64,000 bases of DNA from Eledone cirrhosa (taxonomy: Eukaryota): assembly GCA_964016885.1 (NCBI GenBank), contig OZ024754.1, forward strand, positions 18,972,001-19,036,000. Direction: 5' to 3'. Under the pieces are notes generated by a model. The model made no database searches. It saw only the letters and a list, made by a program, of their open reading frames with translations, and was not told where the DNA came from. The position numbers and the translations under genes are program-made. Numbering within the stretch: the first letter of the stretch is position 1; every line of letters begins with the position of its first letter. Of this stretch, positions 49,458-63,700 are shown in pieces.

Positions 49458-50344
49458 TCTACCCACCCTTCTCTCTCTCTCTTCCACTTATCTCTCTTCC
49501 CTCTTCTCTTTCTCTCTATTCTCTCTCCCTTCTCTCTTTGTAAAAAGCCACGAAGGAGCCTTTACAATTGCGGGCCCAACAACCTGGTCACCCCTTTCTT
49601 TTCATGTATAGACACGAAAAGAAAGAATGAATATCTATTTTAGACACAAAGGTAGACGCAGTATAACTGAATAGTGAAGAAGTTCACTTCGCCATCATTA
49701 TGGCTCGGTTACAATCAAATAATTATTAAATTAAATATTTTTTACAAAAAAAAAACCTTCATTTTTTACGGGTACTATGGTAGTAATTAAATTATAACTG
49801 CGTTTTGTAGTTTCTAGGTCAGTCGTTTGTTCACATTTAAAGCAGTGCTGTAGATATGTGCTCGTCTAACTGAAACACTCTTCCACTTCCTTCACAGTCT
49901 CTCTCTTCCCTCTCTCTTTCTCTCACACACACACTCTCTCTCTCTTTCTCCCTCTCTTCCCTCTCTCTTTCTCTCTCTCTCACACACACAATCTCTCTTT
50001 CTCCCTCTCCCCCTCTTTCTCTCTCTCACACATACACTCTCTTCCCCTCTCTCTCCTCTCCCTCCTCTCTTGTGATGGTCATCATCACCTTGATCATCAT
50101 CATCGTCGTCACCATCATTAGCAACAGGAGTAATGACAGTAATGATGAACAATGACCAGCACCCCTCCCCCCACTAGTATCTCACCACCGACCGCCACCC
50201 CACCCCACACGGCCCCACCCAGCCCTACCGACCCCCACCTCACCCCCCCCTCTATTATCTCACCTATAATACCTGCTGCCACCACCGCCACTAAAGAGAA
50301 AGAAAAACGGAACGAACGAAAGAAGAAAACGATGTGGTAATGGT

Positions 50345-50555
50345 TGAAGAAAGAAATGGATGAAAAGAACAAAGAAGGAAGGAAGGAAAGAAATAAGGAA
50401 AGAAAGAAGGAAGGTAAGAAAGAAGGAAGGAAAGAAAGAAGGAAGGAAAGAAAGAAAGAAGGAAGGAAGGAAAGAAAGAAGGAAGGAAAGAAAAGATGAA
50501 AGAAAGAAAAGAAGAGAAGAAAGAAAGAAAGGAAGAAAGGAAGAAAATAAGAAGT
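50345..50555. repeat. (GAAA/GGAA)n purine tract
   Basis: direct reading. Confidence 0.9.
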
Positions 50556-50700
50556 AAAAGTGAATTAATTTTGCCTTGTTTGAGGAGAACAATGGCGGCC
50601 GTTAATTGTAATGGTTAAAATATGACAATGGTTGGTGGACATTGTGTGATGTGAACTAGAATAGCAATAGTTTAGCGGCAGCCAGGCGTAAATGTTATAC

Positions 50701-53075
50701 GGTGGCGGTGGTGGTGTGGTGGTGGTGGGTGGTGGTGGTGGGGTGGGGGTGGGGGTGGGGGTGGTGGGGGTGGGGGTGACGCTGGTGGGTGGGTGGGGAT
50801 GGGGGTCATGGAGGGGTGGGTGGGTGGGGATGGGGTCATGGAGGGGTGGAGGGGTGGGGTTTGGTGGTGATCGTGATGGTGGTGGTGGTGGTGGTAGTGG
50901 TGGTGGTGGTGGTGATCGTGATGGTGGTGGTGGTGGTGATGAAGGTGGTGGTGGTTGTGGTGGTGGTGGTGGTGAAGGTGGTGGTGGTGGTGGTGTTGGT
51001 GGTGATGGTGATGGTGGTGGTAGTGGTGTTGGTGGTGTTGGTGGTGGTAGTGGTGGTGGTGGTGTTGGTGGTGGTGATGGAGGTGTTGGTGATGGTGGGG
51101 TGGTGGTGTTGGTGGTGGTGATGGAGGTGGTGGTGGGGGTGGTGTTGGTGGTGTTGGTGGTGGTAGTGGTGGTGGTGGTGTTGGTGGTGGTGGGGTGGTG
51201 GTGTTGGTGGTGGTGATGGAGGTGGTGGTGGTGGTGATGGTGGTGGTGGCGGTGGTGGTGGTGGTGGTGGTGGTGGTGGTGGTGGTGATGGTGGTGGTGG
51301 TGGTGGTGATGGTGGTGGTGGTGGTGATGGTGATGGTGGTGATGGTGGTGGTAGTGGTGGTGGTGGTGGTGGTGTTGGTGGTGTTGGTGGTGGTTGTGGT
51401 GGTGGTGGTGATGCTGGTGCTGATAGTGTGGGTGTTAGGGTGGAGGTGGTGGTGGTGGTGATAATGGTGGTGGGGTGATAGTTGTGTTGGTGGTAGTGTT
51501 GGTGATCGTGGTGGTGTTGGTGGTGGTGATCGTGGTGGTGGTGGTGGTGGTGGTGATGGTGATGGTGGTGGTGGTGGTGGTGTTGGTGGTGGTGATGGTG
51601 GTGCTGGTGGTGGTGGTGGTGGTGTTGGTGGTGGTGATGGAGGTGGTGGTGGTGGTGATGGTGGTGGTGGCGGTGGTGGTGGTGGTGGTGGTGGTGGTGG
51701 TGTTGGTGGCGGTGATGGTGATGGTGGTGGTGGTGATGGTGGTGGTGGTGGTGATGGTGATGGTGGTGATGGTGGTGGTAGTGGTGGTGGTGGTGGTGGT
51801 GGTGGTGTTGGTGGTGTTGGTGGTGGTTGTGGTGGTGGTGGTGGTGGTGTTGGTGGTGTTGGTGGTGGTTGTGGTGGTGGTGGTGATGCTGGTGCTGATA
51901 GTGTGGGTGTTGGGGTGGAGGTGGTGGTGGTGATAATGGTGGTGGGGTGATGGTTGTGTTGGTGGTAGTGTTGGTGATCGTGGTGGTGTTGGTGGTGGTG
52001 ATCGTGGTGGTGGTGGTGGTGGTGGTGATGGTGATGGTGATGGTGGTGGTGGTGGTAGTGGTGGTGTTGGTGGTGGTGATGGTGGTGCTGGTGGTGGTGG
52101 TGGTGGTGGTGGTGTTGGTGGTGGTGATGGAGGTGGTGGTGGTGGTGATGGTGGTGGTGGCCGTGGTGGTTGTGGTGGTGGTGATGGTGATGGTGGTGAT
52201 GGTGGTGGTGGTGGTGATGGTGATGGTGGTGATGGTGGTGGTAGTGGTGGTGGTGATGGTGGTGGTGGTGTTGGTGGTGTTGGTGGTGGTTGTGGTGGTG
52301 GTGGTGGTGGTGGTGATGCTGGTGCTGATAGTGTGGGTGTTGGGGTGGAGGTGGTGGTGGTGGTGATAATGGTGGTGGGGTGATGGTTGTGTTGATGGTA
52401 GTGTTGGTGATCGTGGTGGTGTTGGTGGTGGTGATCGTGGTGGTGGTGGTGGTGGTGGTGGTGATGGTTGTGGAGGTGGTGGTGGTGGTGAAGGTGGTGG
52501 TGGTGGTGTTGGTGGTGATGGTGATGGTGCTGGTGTTGGTAGTGGTGGGGGTGGTGTTGGTGGTGGTGATGGAGGTGGTGGTGGTGATGGTGGTGGTGGT
52601 AATGGTGATGGTGGTGATGGTGGTGGTGGTGGTGGTGGTCGTGGTGTTGGTGGTGGTGATGGAGGTTGTGGTGATGGTGGTGGTGGTGGTGATGGTAATG
52701 GTGGTGGAGGTGGTTGTGGTGGTGGTGATGGTGGTGGTGGTGGTAATGGTGATGGTGGTGGTGGTGGTGGTGGTGGTGGTTGTGGTGGTGTTGGTGGTGG
52801 TGGTGATCGTGGTGGTGGTGGTGGTGTTGGTGATGGTTGTGGAGGTGGTGGTGGTGAAGGTGGTAGTTGTGGTGGTGGTGGTAATGGTGGTGATGTGGTG
52901 TTGTAGTGGTGGTGTGGTGTGGTGGTGGTGGTGGTGGTGGTGGTGATGGTGGTGGTTGTGGTGGTGCTGGTGGTGGATGTGGTGGTGGTGGTGCTGGTGG
53001 TGGTGGTGGTGGCGCTGGTGATGGTGGTGGTGGTGGTGGTGGTGGTGATGGTGGTGGTGGTGGTGGCGGTGGTGA
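50701..53075. repeat. (GGT)n-based complex tandem repeat, ~2.4 kb, with higher-order units
   Basis: GGT/GAT/GTT triplets; marker GATGCTGGTGCTGATAGTGTGGGTGTT recurs at ~51410, ~51885 and ~52315. Confidence 0.93.
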
Positions 53076-53261
53076 CATATTCATCGGTTATATGGGAATG
53101 GGAAGAGGAAAGAAAGATGTGGTATAGAGGGTGAGAGAGATGTCCTTAAATATAGTGCACCGATCACATAATCACTTCGAGGGGGAGAGAAATGGAGAAC
53201 GGGAGAGAGAGATGTATTTAGATTATAGGGTAGGGATGGTATACAAACTTAGAGAGAGAGA

Positions 53262-53306
<45 letters not shown>

Positions 53307-53514
53307 AGCTGAAATATAGTGCAACGATTATATAAACACTTCGAACAGCAGATACTTCGAAGTTCGATGCAGAAGGATGGTGAAATCATATCGATAACGT
53401 AGTGCAACCGGTAAGGTTTTCTCGTCCGTTATAATAGACAAATAGTTAGCTAGATTTCACACATGCTGGAGACTCCAATCAGGAAAACAAGGCGAGTAAT
53501 TTGTGCAGAGTGAA

Positions 53515-53680
53515 AGTCGATTAATCGTCCTTAGTTCATTACTGGTACTTTATTTTATAAACCCTGGAAGGGTGAAAGGCAAATTTGAGCACGATGGGAT
53601 TTGAACTTAGAATGTAAAGAGCCGGACTAATATTGCTGTTTGTCCTACACTCTACTGCCTCGGCTAAACTTCCGCCCTCG
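53515..53680 (-). mobile_element. same SINE family, degenerate
   Basis: AGTCGATTAATCG..ACTGGTACTTTATTTTAT..GAAAGGCAAA..GGGATTTGAACTTAGAA. Confidence 0.6.
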
Positions 53681-53765
53681 CGCAGGACTATAATAATAAT
53701 GGTGTGTTTGGAAACGGGCAGCTGTCAAACATTTCATGTAACTATATGTTGTTGTTGGACCTCCA

Positions 53766-53919
53766 TATGTGTGTGTATATATATGTGTATGTTTGTGTGT
53801 GAATATATATGTGTATGTGTGTGTATATATATGTGTGTATGTGTGTGTGTGTGTATGTGTATGTGTGTGTGTATGTATATGTGTATGTGTGTGTATATAT
53901 ATATATATGTGTGTGTGTG

Positions 53920-53950
<31 letters not shown>

Positions 53951-53979
53951 ATATATATATGTGTATGTGTGTGTGTGTG

Positions 53980-54010
<31 letters not shown>

Positions 54011-54045
54011 ATGTGTATGTATATATATATATGTGCGTGTGTGTG
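53766..54045. repeat. (GT)n/(AT)n microsatellite
   Basis: direct reading. Confidence 0.95.
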
Positions 54046-54147
54046 ATACCTTATATGCTGTGATATTTTTCTATAATGATTTTCTTGTATATAAATGTAG
54101 CATTTAAATTTATCGTTAAACCAAAACTATTACACACACACATATAT

Positions 54148-54187
<40 letters not shown>

Positions 54188-54271
54188 ATGTAAAAGGTAA
54201 ACAGAAATAACAACACAATCGGTACAGTATATGGAAGGGATATATTAGGTTAACGTTTGATATAGCAGGAA

Positions 54272-54315
54272 GAGGGTCTTAACGTTTCGGACGCTAGGCC
54301 TTCATCAGAAGAAAG
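54272..54315 (-). ncRNA. hammerhead-like motif in the putative 3' pLTR of the adjacent Penelope-like element
   Basis: minus strand reads CTGATGA AGGCCTAGCGTCC GAAACGTTA, ~280 nt downstream of the PLE ORF end. Confidence 0.5.
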
Positions 54316-54584
54316 AATGAGAAATAAAATAGATTAAGGGGACGGGCGGGATGGAATTGGAAAAAATGTCTTTAGATAAAAATAACAGGTCCATTCATGT
54401 TGACATCTCTTGCAAAACTGCTGGTGCTGGTTTTGTGCATGATTTATTTTTTAGAAAATTGGATGATGGAGCGCGTCTAACTGAAATGGGAAAAAAACCG
54501 TTTTGTAAAAACAGCTATACTTGAGCACGTGCGTAAGCATGTGTTTGTGTGCGTGTGTGTGTGTGTGTTATTATAGGTCCGGCG

Positions 54585-55410
54585 TATTCGAGAAATTGGG
54601 GAGGTGAGTTGAGTCCAAGAGGGGAATATGACCCAAGACGGTGAATCAGACTTTGTTCAGTCCTGGTGCGCGAGGCCTGTGATCCATGATGTAAAAGGAC
54701 ACCCAGGACTGAAACATGTAGGGAAGAATGACGAGGAGAACAGAAATGACGGGCGACAGGATTATACAAATCGAGTCGTATGCCCCTCAAAGGTTCGGCA
54801 AAACAGTCCACCATACGGCGTGCCGATTGTCCGATATATAAAGACCCGCAAAGGGAACACCGGATGGCATAGACAACGTGGGTAGATGTGCAGGTGAAGG
54901 AATGGCGGATACGGAAAGACCCGTTAGGGCCTGTAAGAGTGGTGAGCGTGGAAATAAAGGGACAAGTGTTGCAGCGGGAACGGGAACAAGGATGAGAGCC
55001 GGGTGGAGTCGTGGGAGAGGACGAAAAAGAACTGCCAACCAGGAGGTCGCGGAGGTTTCGGGCGCGCTTAAAAGCAGTAATGGGTGGGTTTGGAATAAAG
55101 CGAGAAGTGACGGGGTCAGAAGAGAGGATACGGAAGGAACGGAGGATATGGCGCCGGAATGGTAGGGTGATGGGGTGGTAGGTGAGAGGGAAAGGAACAC
55201 AGGTGTTGGGAGGGCGGGGTGAGGTGAGAGGGCTGTGGTGCGGTCTGTTTCACGGGCGCGGGTGAGAGAAGCTTAGACCAAGGTGGGGGATATCCACACT
55301 GGATGAAGCAGGAAGCCATGCCAAGGGAATGGGTTTCGAAATTGTCATCCTGACTATAGAGTCGACGAAGTCGGAGGAATTTGGAATAGGGTATGGAGTG
55401 TTTGGTGATG
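54585..55410 (-). mobile_element. Penelope-like element fragment (RT thumb, Cys linker, GIY-YIG), decayed
   Basis: HSIPYSKFLRLRR..CGYP; GLYI..; PVARHF; RTRTEQSLIHRLGSYSPLGLN across several frames. Confidence 0.8.
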
Positions 55411-55579
55411 GTAGCTAAGATGCTTCCATAGGCGGTATGCCGGTTGAGCACTCTATGTTCTTACAGAGCAAAGTATGATATAATATAATGTCCGCCGGCG
55501 AAACAATTGTAACACACAATAAATTGAGTTCAGATGCATCACTGATTTTTCGTTTTATAATATATATATATATATATAT

Positions 55580-56434
55580 TAATATTCCCTACAACTTAAA
55601 ATTAATATTCGTTAAAATAAATATTCCCTACAACTTAGCCAAGAGAATCTGTACTATAGTCTCCAATAAAAACACCTGTTACTTACGGCTACAAGAACTA
55701 AAGGACACACTCATAGGCAGGGACTACCCTGCATCACTAATTGACAATGGAATCCAACGTGCCCTAAAACTCAGTAGCCAGGACCTTATACACCCTAAAG
55801 TAAATCAACCGAAACTAAAAGCTCTTCCATACATCTCCACACACAACCCCTCAACAATGAGGCCTTTGACACCATCCTCCAGAACATCCCTGTGTTAAAA
55901 AGGGACCATAGAATGAACCAAATCCTTCGAACACACGATATCATAAAGAGCAAAAGACAATCTAAGTCAACGAAAAACATCCTAACACATGCCAAAGTAC
56001 TGCCAACCACAACAACGAAACCCACAGTAAAAAAATGCGATAGACCCAACTGTGGCATATGCATCAACCTAATAGAGGGTTCGGAATTCTATTTCAAAGA
56101 ATGACAACGTTTTATAGTAAAACACAATTTCACATGTGCATCGGAAAATCTAATATATGTATTAACTTGCTCAGGTTGTCGAGAACAATACATAGACCAG
56201 ACCAAAAACAGCCTCCGCCAACGCATGACTGTCCATAGATCCCAAATTAAAATACGGGAATACAGGAAAATACCACTGAGTGAACACATTGATACCTGTG
56301 CCGCCCCAAATCATCCCAACTTTAGAATATTTCCCCTCTACAATTTTAAAGATAATGCCACCCACACCCAGCGCATCAGCAAGGAATCTTACTTTATTAA
56401 CAAATACGGACCCCGTCTAAACACTTCTCCCTAA
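55580..56434 (+). mobile_element. second Penelope-like element fragment (different family), decayed
   Basis: NIPYNLAKRICTIVS..RDYP; KKCDRPNCGIC; NLIYVLTC..C.EQYI.QT..LRQRMTVHRSQI; RISKESYFINKYGPRLN. Confidence 0.82.
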
Positions 56435-57108
56435 GACGAACCCACAACATACACACGTCAACATACATACCTACATCAGCATACACCCTACATACATTTC
56501 TATCCACATATAAACACAATGACATACGTAAACACACATGTTCTATGGTGCACCACAAATATACACAAATTTGCATACCTTTTGATGTCTATAGATATAA
56601 ACGTGCTGACACACACACATACATATACGCACACATGCATTGCACACTGATGGGCACATACATATTTGTACACAAGTATTCCAATACGGCAGGGCCTAAT
56701 AGATTACCCTTGCAGTACGTACAATCTGGACACTCACACACACCTTGGTGTTATGACAATACTATATATCATTTCACACCTTTTATTATTAATGTTTTTG
56801 ATGTTCACGTGAGAGAATCGTTTTTGCTGAAAATATCGAATAATGTACACCATTTTTACCAGTACCACCAAAATACTGGCCCTCCCCTCACACACACACG
56901 TACACACATACACACACACACACACATATATATACACACACACATACACACGTGTACACTAACATACAAAGAGACATATATACACACACACACACACACT
57001 TCTCCGTATAAGACAAGAGCTGAAATATATCTTTCAACATGTTAAAATATGCCCCACACACGTACAGACACATTCCTACTGACCATCCCTCTACCACGAA
57101 TTACTCTG

Positions 57109-57144
<36 letters not shown>

Positions 57145-57679
57145 TTGTCTTAATAGGCACCTGAACTGTTGATCTTTCAACATGACTGCAATTCACACAC
57201 ACATCCCTACTGACCATTATCACAACAATGAACCTCTTTACTACACACACACACACATATTTGTCTTAAAAGACTTATTTTTCAGTGACTTCTCAATCAG
57301 GCGAAAAGGGACACTCTTCGACAAACCTACATTTGGCGCAAAATCAATTTTTAACATTCACGTGACCTCTACCGACCAATCAAAATTGTTTTGACCACAA
57401 GAATTTTTGCAACACGAATTGGCGCGAAACTTATTTTAATACCGCTGGAGCCACTTTTTTCACATAAAACAGGTAGAATTTCCAAAACTGATCAGATTAG
57501 AGCAAACATCACGGGCGCTCTATCTCAAAATTATTTTTGAAAAGCATTAGAAATGCGCAACCGGTAAAAACTTAAAACTAAAACTGAATACTAACCAATA
57601 CTTATTACTAATTTTTACTTATTCCTAATTAAACTATTTTTCACTGGGAACAATTTGTCAGCATTTTCTTTTCCTTTTA

Positions 57680-57791
<112 letters not shown>

Positions 57792-57793
57792 TA

Positions 57794-57836
<43 letters not shown>

Positions 57837-57837
57837 T

Positions 57838-57902
<65 letters not shown>

Positions 57903-58205
57903 GTGTGTGTGTACATATATTTGGTAAAGACTTAAGTGAAGAAAGTTATGTCAAACAACTTTCAAGCTCAATTTTGTTCCACAATCTGCAAACACAAAAT
58001 AACAAACTAAATCGAAATCGATTGATCGCAGGTATAATGTGTAAAGTATTAAGGATCAAACTTTGAGTAAACAAATCCAATGTGACTAATGAATGCAGAG
58101 GTACAGAGTACATAGATAATAATTGATTGGACATTTTTCATCATCGATTTCCATCTACACACACACACATATAATTATATATATATATATAAATACACAC
58201 ACACA

Positions 58206-58251
<46 letters not shown>

Positions 58252-58409
58252 GCGCACTTATATCCAACTATCGAAAAAATGGACTATTCATTGATTTGCA
58301 CCAGGGTTCAAGACCCTGCCTTAGTTGAATTTCCTGAAACTCACCCCTCATCCTCTGAGACCAATGACAGATCAGTCTTCAACTTGGACTCATCTAGGCA
58401 GACTGTTCT

Positions 58410-58545
58410 CGATAAAGCAGAAGGTAGAGCAAAACCTCTCCTAAAGTGTAAACATCCCGCTCGTTTTACTACATTCAACGTCAATACCTTTGGTCTTCTT
58501 GAAAACTTGATGAGCTAGTAATGAGCACTAAATCCAATGCTAGAA
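58410..58545 (+). mobile_element. possible 5' fragment of an RTE-type LINE ORF
   Basis: KPLLKCK..FTTFNVNT resembles the start of an APE domain (xTxNVxT); very short. Confidence 0.4.
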
Positions 58546-58628
58546 CCATCTAAAAAAAGGTTTTTCCATATTTTGTTTTTTAAATGATTCTATTGAAGTC
58601 TAGCCCAGAAGCTACACATACATACACA

Positions 58629-58860
58629 CAAAGCTCTTTCGTCACAAGATGGTGTAGGACAGAACAAAGGAGAGACACTGAGTAAGTCACAGAATGTGTG
58701 ACGAAAGAGCTTTGACAACATATAAACAACCTTCCGGTTATCGAACCAATCAACCGGAAGTTTATAATAAATTGAAGTGAAAACAAACAGGTGCGTGTGT
58801 TTTTATTGGCAACATGACCCTCCCAAAGTATAACAATATCTGTTTCAACATATACGTTTC
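58629..58860 (+). mobile_element. Penelope pLTR-like relic with an 18-bp inverted repeat and hammerhead-like core
   Basis: CAAAGCTCTTTCGTCACA (58629) / TGTGACGAAAGAGCTTTG (58697); CTGAGTA-stem GTCACA/TGTGAC-GAAA; downstream ATGACCCTCCC.AA.TATAACAATAT shared with ~48803. Confidence 0.45.
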
Positions 58861-58892
58861 AACAAATTAAAAAACGAAGTATATATATACAC

Positions 58893-58992
<100 letters not shown>

Positions 58993-59720
58993 CCGTGTGC
59001 GTGTGTGAGTCCCTGGTTCAATCGGGGGTAACCACAGTAAGTAAGCTACTCAATGCATTAGTAGAGTGTAAACAACAAATTTAATATAGAATTGGCTTCT
59101 ACAGGACTAGAACTATTTCATTCGAAGGGAATCACCAGGAAAGCCGACATTGTAATGCGGTGGAACTTGTATGTTTTCTGGTGTTTGGGGAAAACATAAA
59201 GAAAACATTCAAGCTATTTTGCTTTCTTAATGGCACACTTAATTTCAAAAGTGCCTTGAATGTTTTAGTGCGGCCCACCTTATGATGAGTCTCATCCTGT
59301 GTGACTTACTGCCCAGAAAAAGTTGCTCATACCTGTTCTAATGACAAGAGGAGTATAAAAAGTTATAAACATTTAGACATCATGTTGTGTATCTATCTAT
59401 CGTGTTTGTTGTATATCTATCTATTTATAAGTAAACGAGAGCCCTCGTGCTGGGCGCCCCGGAACCCCGGCGGACAGTGCAACCATCTCCACCGATGTTT
59501 TTGTAATTTGCTTGTTTGTTTCCGGTTAACATTTTACCACGTGTCGCTTTCCTTTTGAATATGGTTTTTAAAAAGAAAACTTCCTATTTCTAACTAGACT
59601 GCTATTTCTAGTAGATCAAATGCGCGCCCTTGTTACTCTTAATGTCGGCTCTAGGCGTGAGGAGAAGCGAGAAAGCGATAAATCAATTGCTTACCGTTCT
59701 ACAATTGGTTCATTAGATAA

Positions 59721-59900
59721 TTGTTTCTACTTTTGGCACAAGGCCAGCAATTATCCCAGTGTATTACTGGTACTTTATTTTATCGACCCCACAGGGATGA
59801 AAGGTAAAGTTAACCTCAGCGGGATTCGAACTCACATCATAAAGGGCCGTAACTCTTTGCTGCAAAGCATGGCGTCCGACCCTCTACCGATACTGCCAAT
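59721..59900 (-). mobile_element. same SINE family, fairly complete
   Basis: closely matches 44941-45097; B-box-like GGGATTCGAACTC; ends CTACCGATACTGCCAAT. Confidence 0.75.
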
Positions 59901-60719
59901 CCAAATGTTATTAGATATATAATTTTTAGTTGGTTTATTAAGATTATCTGTGTCAGCGAAGTTGACTAATTAAGTTAGACGGGCGTTTGATTATTGTCGA
60001 AATGAATAAACGGAAAAAGTACAAAATAAACTCAGTATAGAGCTAAAAATACGAATATGTATTTCTACAACTGGGTCTGTCAAATATAGGTTTGAATCAG
60101 ACCATCTTCTTCGGAAACAATGAAGTTGGAATCTCTATTGGTAGTATATAAATAGGGTAAATACAAAAATAGACATACCATATAAATACATATTCCAGAT
60201 AGCCTCCTTAGATTGATACTGGCCGTGTGAGGAGAATAGTGGAACCCGATGTACAAATGTCATTTAAGGTCGTTAAGTGTGTGAATACCAGTGCAAAGAC
60301 AATGTATAAGAAGAATGGCTCTTCCAGCGCATCCCCCTTACCATCTTCCGGGGAAACGCCTTCTCCATTCTGTCCGCCGGGGCTGTGGGGCAGCCAGAAT
60401 ATATGCTCACCATACAGAGAGATGGGGAGGGCGAGAGAGAAGGGGGTGATGACGTAGTTCGGCTCTTCCGTGATCGGACACATTGCACCTATCATGTGGA
60501 TCTTGTCTACATCGTTTCATTCACTTTTTCAGAGAGTGTAACTGCGCTAGACGTTTAGAGTTATCGTCGACATTTAACTGCCAATTGTTGTTGTTGTTAT
60601 TGTTGTCATGTCTGCTATCATTCTTAAGGAAGCTCAGAAGAATGGGTATGATGGGAGTGATAAAAGAAGGTGGTATATTAGGAGTAGATGAAGAAAGAGG
60701 AGAAGAAAATGGATAGGAG

Positions 60720-60763
<44 letters not shown>
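60720..60763 (-). repeat. (GATA)n on +, i.e. (TATC)n at the 3' end of E10
   Basis: about 11 units. Confidence 0.95.
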
Positions 60764-60764
<1 letters not shown>

Positions 60765-63700
60765 CTTTCTTTTTATTTGCCACAGGGCATCAAAAAGTGG
60801 GACAAGTACAATGGGGGGAGTTTACATAAAAAGACGTCCTCAATAAGTAGGAGGCAATAACAAAATATAAAAATAAAATAAAATATAACAAAAATAAATT
60901 TAATAACAAAATCCTCAATAGGGAGGAGGCGCCTTGGGGGGTCGCACACACCCTCGAAAAAAAGTGTGCAACCCTTCTCCTCAGGAGCACAGAGAGGGGG
61001 TGCTCCCTTGATCTTTCATCTTCCTCATCTATAGTCTGATGTAGAGTGAAGGCCCATTCACACGGGCCACTCTCGCCACTTTCACCCATCTTTCATAAAA
61101 ACGGCTGGGGTGCAGCACATCTCTCTCCATCCTGATCCTTCATCCGAAATGATATCGGAAGAAACGGACCAGTTGTTGGCCAGAGAGAAAGGTGTCTGAC
61201 CTCAGTCCTTTCAGACGCGTCCACCATACAACCTCTTTCGCCATGGCTATTACGCACAGAAACACCGCCTCTCCTTCGTTTTTGAAGAGGGGAGGCGGCT
61301 TTATCGTTACAATAGACTTGGTGGTCAACCGGATCGGTCCCACCCTTGAAATCAGTTGTTCGACATAGCCCCACAGATCGGCAATGCCCGAGCAGTGTAC
61401 CAATGCGTGTGCAACGGTTTCCTCGTCGCACACGCATCTGGGACAGATCTTTTTCGAGGGGTCCCTACCTGGGCGCCCGTGTCTGTAGAGCCTTTCTCGA
61501 ACGGGCAGAGCCCCTCGGTAGCACTGCCAGACTAGGGACCTCTGGAAGCTATCCATGGGTCCCGGGTTGAATGTCCTACCGAACAGGTTGGCCAGTTCGT
61601 CTTCCCCCATGCCTAGGGCTTCTCCGAGCGCGTCGTCGCACCTGCTAACCACCAGCCCTCTATAGAATGACGAGGTGGATTCTCTACTGACAGCCGGGTC
61701 CGCCTGCCAGAGAGCCGCGAGTGCCTGGGCACACTCGGTGTGCCAGGCGCCCAGTTTTCTCGGTCTTTGCTTGACCCAGGATTGCAGCTCGGTGAGAGAG
61801 ACGAGTCTGGGAAAGGCTGGCCTCACAAACGGGACCCACACCGGTTGACTGGTGAGGAATACCTGGAGGTGCCGTAGCCTTAATGCGTGTTTACGTATCA
61901 TTAGCCATGGCATCCCCAGCCCTCCTTTGGAAGGGTGTTGACAGCAGATAGATCCCCTCACCATAGGAGCCCGCTTCTTCCAAAGGAATTGGAAGAGTGC
62001 GCGCTCCATCTTGGTGAGGGTTTCCCTTGGGCAGGGCACTACGGTCAGGCGGTAGTAGATGACGGACGCTATATAAGTGTTCGCCACCTCCACCGGACCT
62101 TTCGGGGACAGTTTGCACTCGGCCCACTTCTGGGTCAGTGCAAACACCCTGTTCGTTACCTCACCCCAGTTCTTCTCCACCTGGAGGTCTGGTCCGAACC
62201 AGACCCCGAGCAACTTCACCGGGCCCTCCGTCCAGCGCCCGACGACGCCATTGGAGGGCATCGATCTGCTCCTCAACGTGCCGAGTTGCAGACCGATCGA
62301 CTTGTCCCGGTTCAGTTTAGCCCCTGTAAACCTTTCGTACTCCTCCAGTAAGGTGCCGACCGCCCCGATTTCCGAGGCCGTCGACACCATTACTGTTACG
62401 TCATCGGCGTAGGCCGACGCCGCTTTCCGCAATCACGGTTCCAACGGGATGCTCTGCAGCAACTCCAACTTCCGCAGCAGTGGCTCAAGAGTCATTACAT
62501 ACAGAAGGGACGAGAGAGGGCACCCTTGTCGGATGGACCGCGCGATTTCGAACGGCTCCGAGAGGTAGCCGTTCACCTTGACCCTAGAACAGGTGCGGCT
62601 GCTGTGCATGGCATTGATCCAGCCCCTGAAAACGGGTCCGAAGCCTGCCGCCGCTAGCACCGCATCCAGGTAACCATGGTCGACCCTATCGAACGCCTTA
62701 GATTAATCCAAGTTGATCAGGGCCCCACCAAAGCCGGGTTCGTTCCCAACCCTCTTTATGATGTATCGCATGAGGTGGAGGTTGTCGTGGATGGACCTGG
62801 ACGGGATAGCACATGTCTGCGCATCTCCCACCAGGTTGCCCATGACAAGCGCCAACCTCTTTACTAGCACCTTGGCCAAAATCTGTAACTCTGTATTTAG
62901 CAGAGTTATGGGCCTGAAATTATTTATATCGTCCCCCTTGTTCTCGTCCTTCCTCACTAGCGTGACTACGCCCTTGGTCACAGCACAGGGAATTCTCCCG
63001 TTCTGTTGCGAGTTCCAGTAGACCGCCTCGAGGAGATCGGGGAACAAGTCCGGCATAGTTAGATATAGTTCGTATGGAAGACCATCGAGACCCGGGGATT
63101 TGCGTTTGCCGCATTGGCTCAGCACGTCCTCTATCTCAGCGGCTGAAATCGGCTCCTCGCAGGACTTCGCCTCCCTGTCCGAGAGACGCGGCAGGCCGTC
63201 TAGGTATGGACCGAAGTCCACTTCCCCAACTGGCTCCCCGCCCCTTCCGAACAATCTGGCAAAGTGCTTTTAAAAAGCCTCACACATCTGCTTAGGCTCA
63301 AGGATCACCCGTCCATCCTGGTCTCGCAAAGACCGGATAGTGGATCTACTCCCTCTTTTGGCTTCTGTCACGCGGGCCCAGCTAACAGCTTTGGTCGCCT
63401 CGTTTCCCAGAGCACTTATTTTGCTTCGGATGATGCAGCTTTCGTGTTTCGCGTCGAAGAACTGGTCCAGGGCCGTTCTCGACGCTAGCACTCTGGCCAC
63501 GTCGCCGCTTCTAATTGCCTCTTCTACACTATCTACCAACTCCCTTTTCTTCCTATTTCTATTTGAGGCTAACTCCTTACTAAATTCTATCGAGACTAAT
63601 CTAATCTCTCTTTTGAGAGATCCCACCACCTGCTGTTGACGATGGCGCCCGTCAACCGCTCCTTAACTAAAGTGCTAATCCGGTCCCTGTAAGCCTTACT

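Noticed and set aside
51435-53084. 549-aa Pro/His/Thr-rich extensin- or mucin-like ORF
   Set aside because: (ACC)n triplet repeat read in shifting frames; no non-repetitive domain
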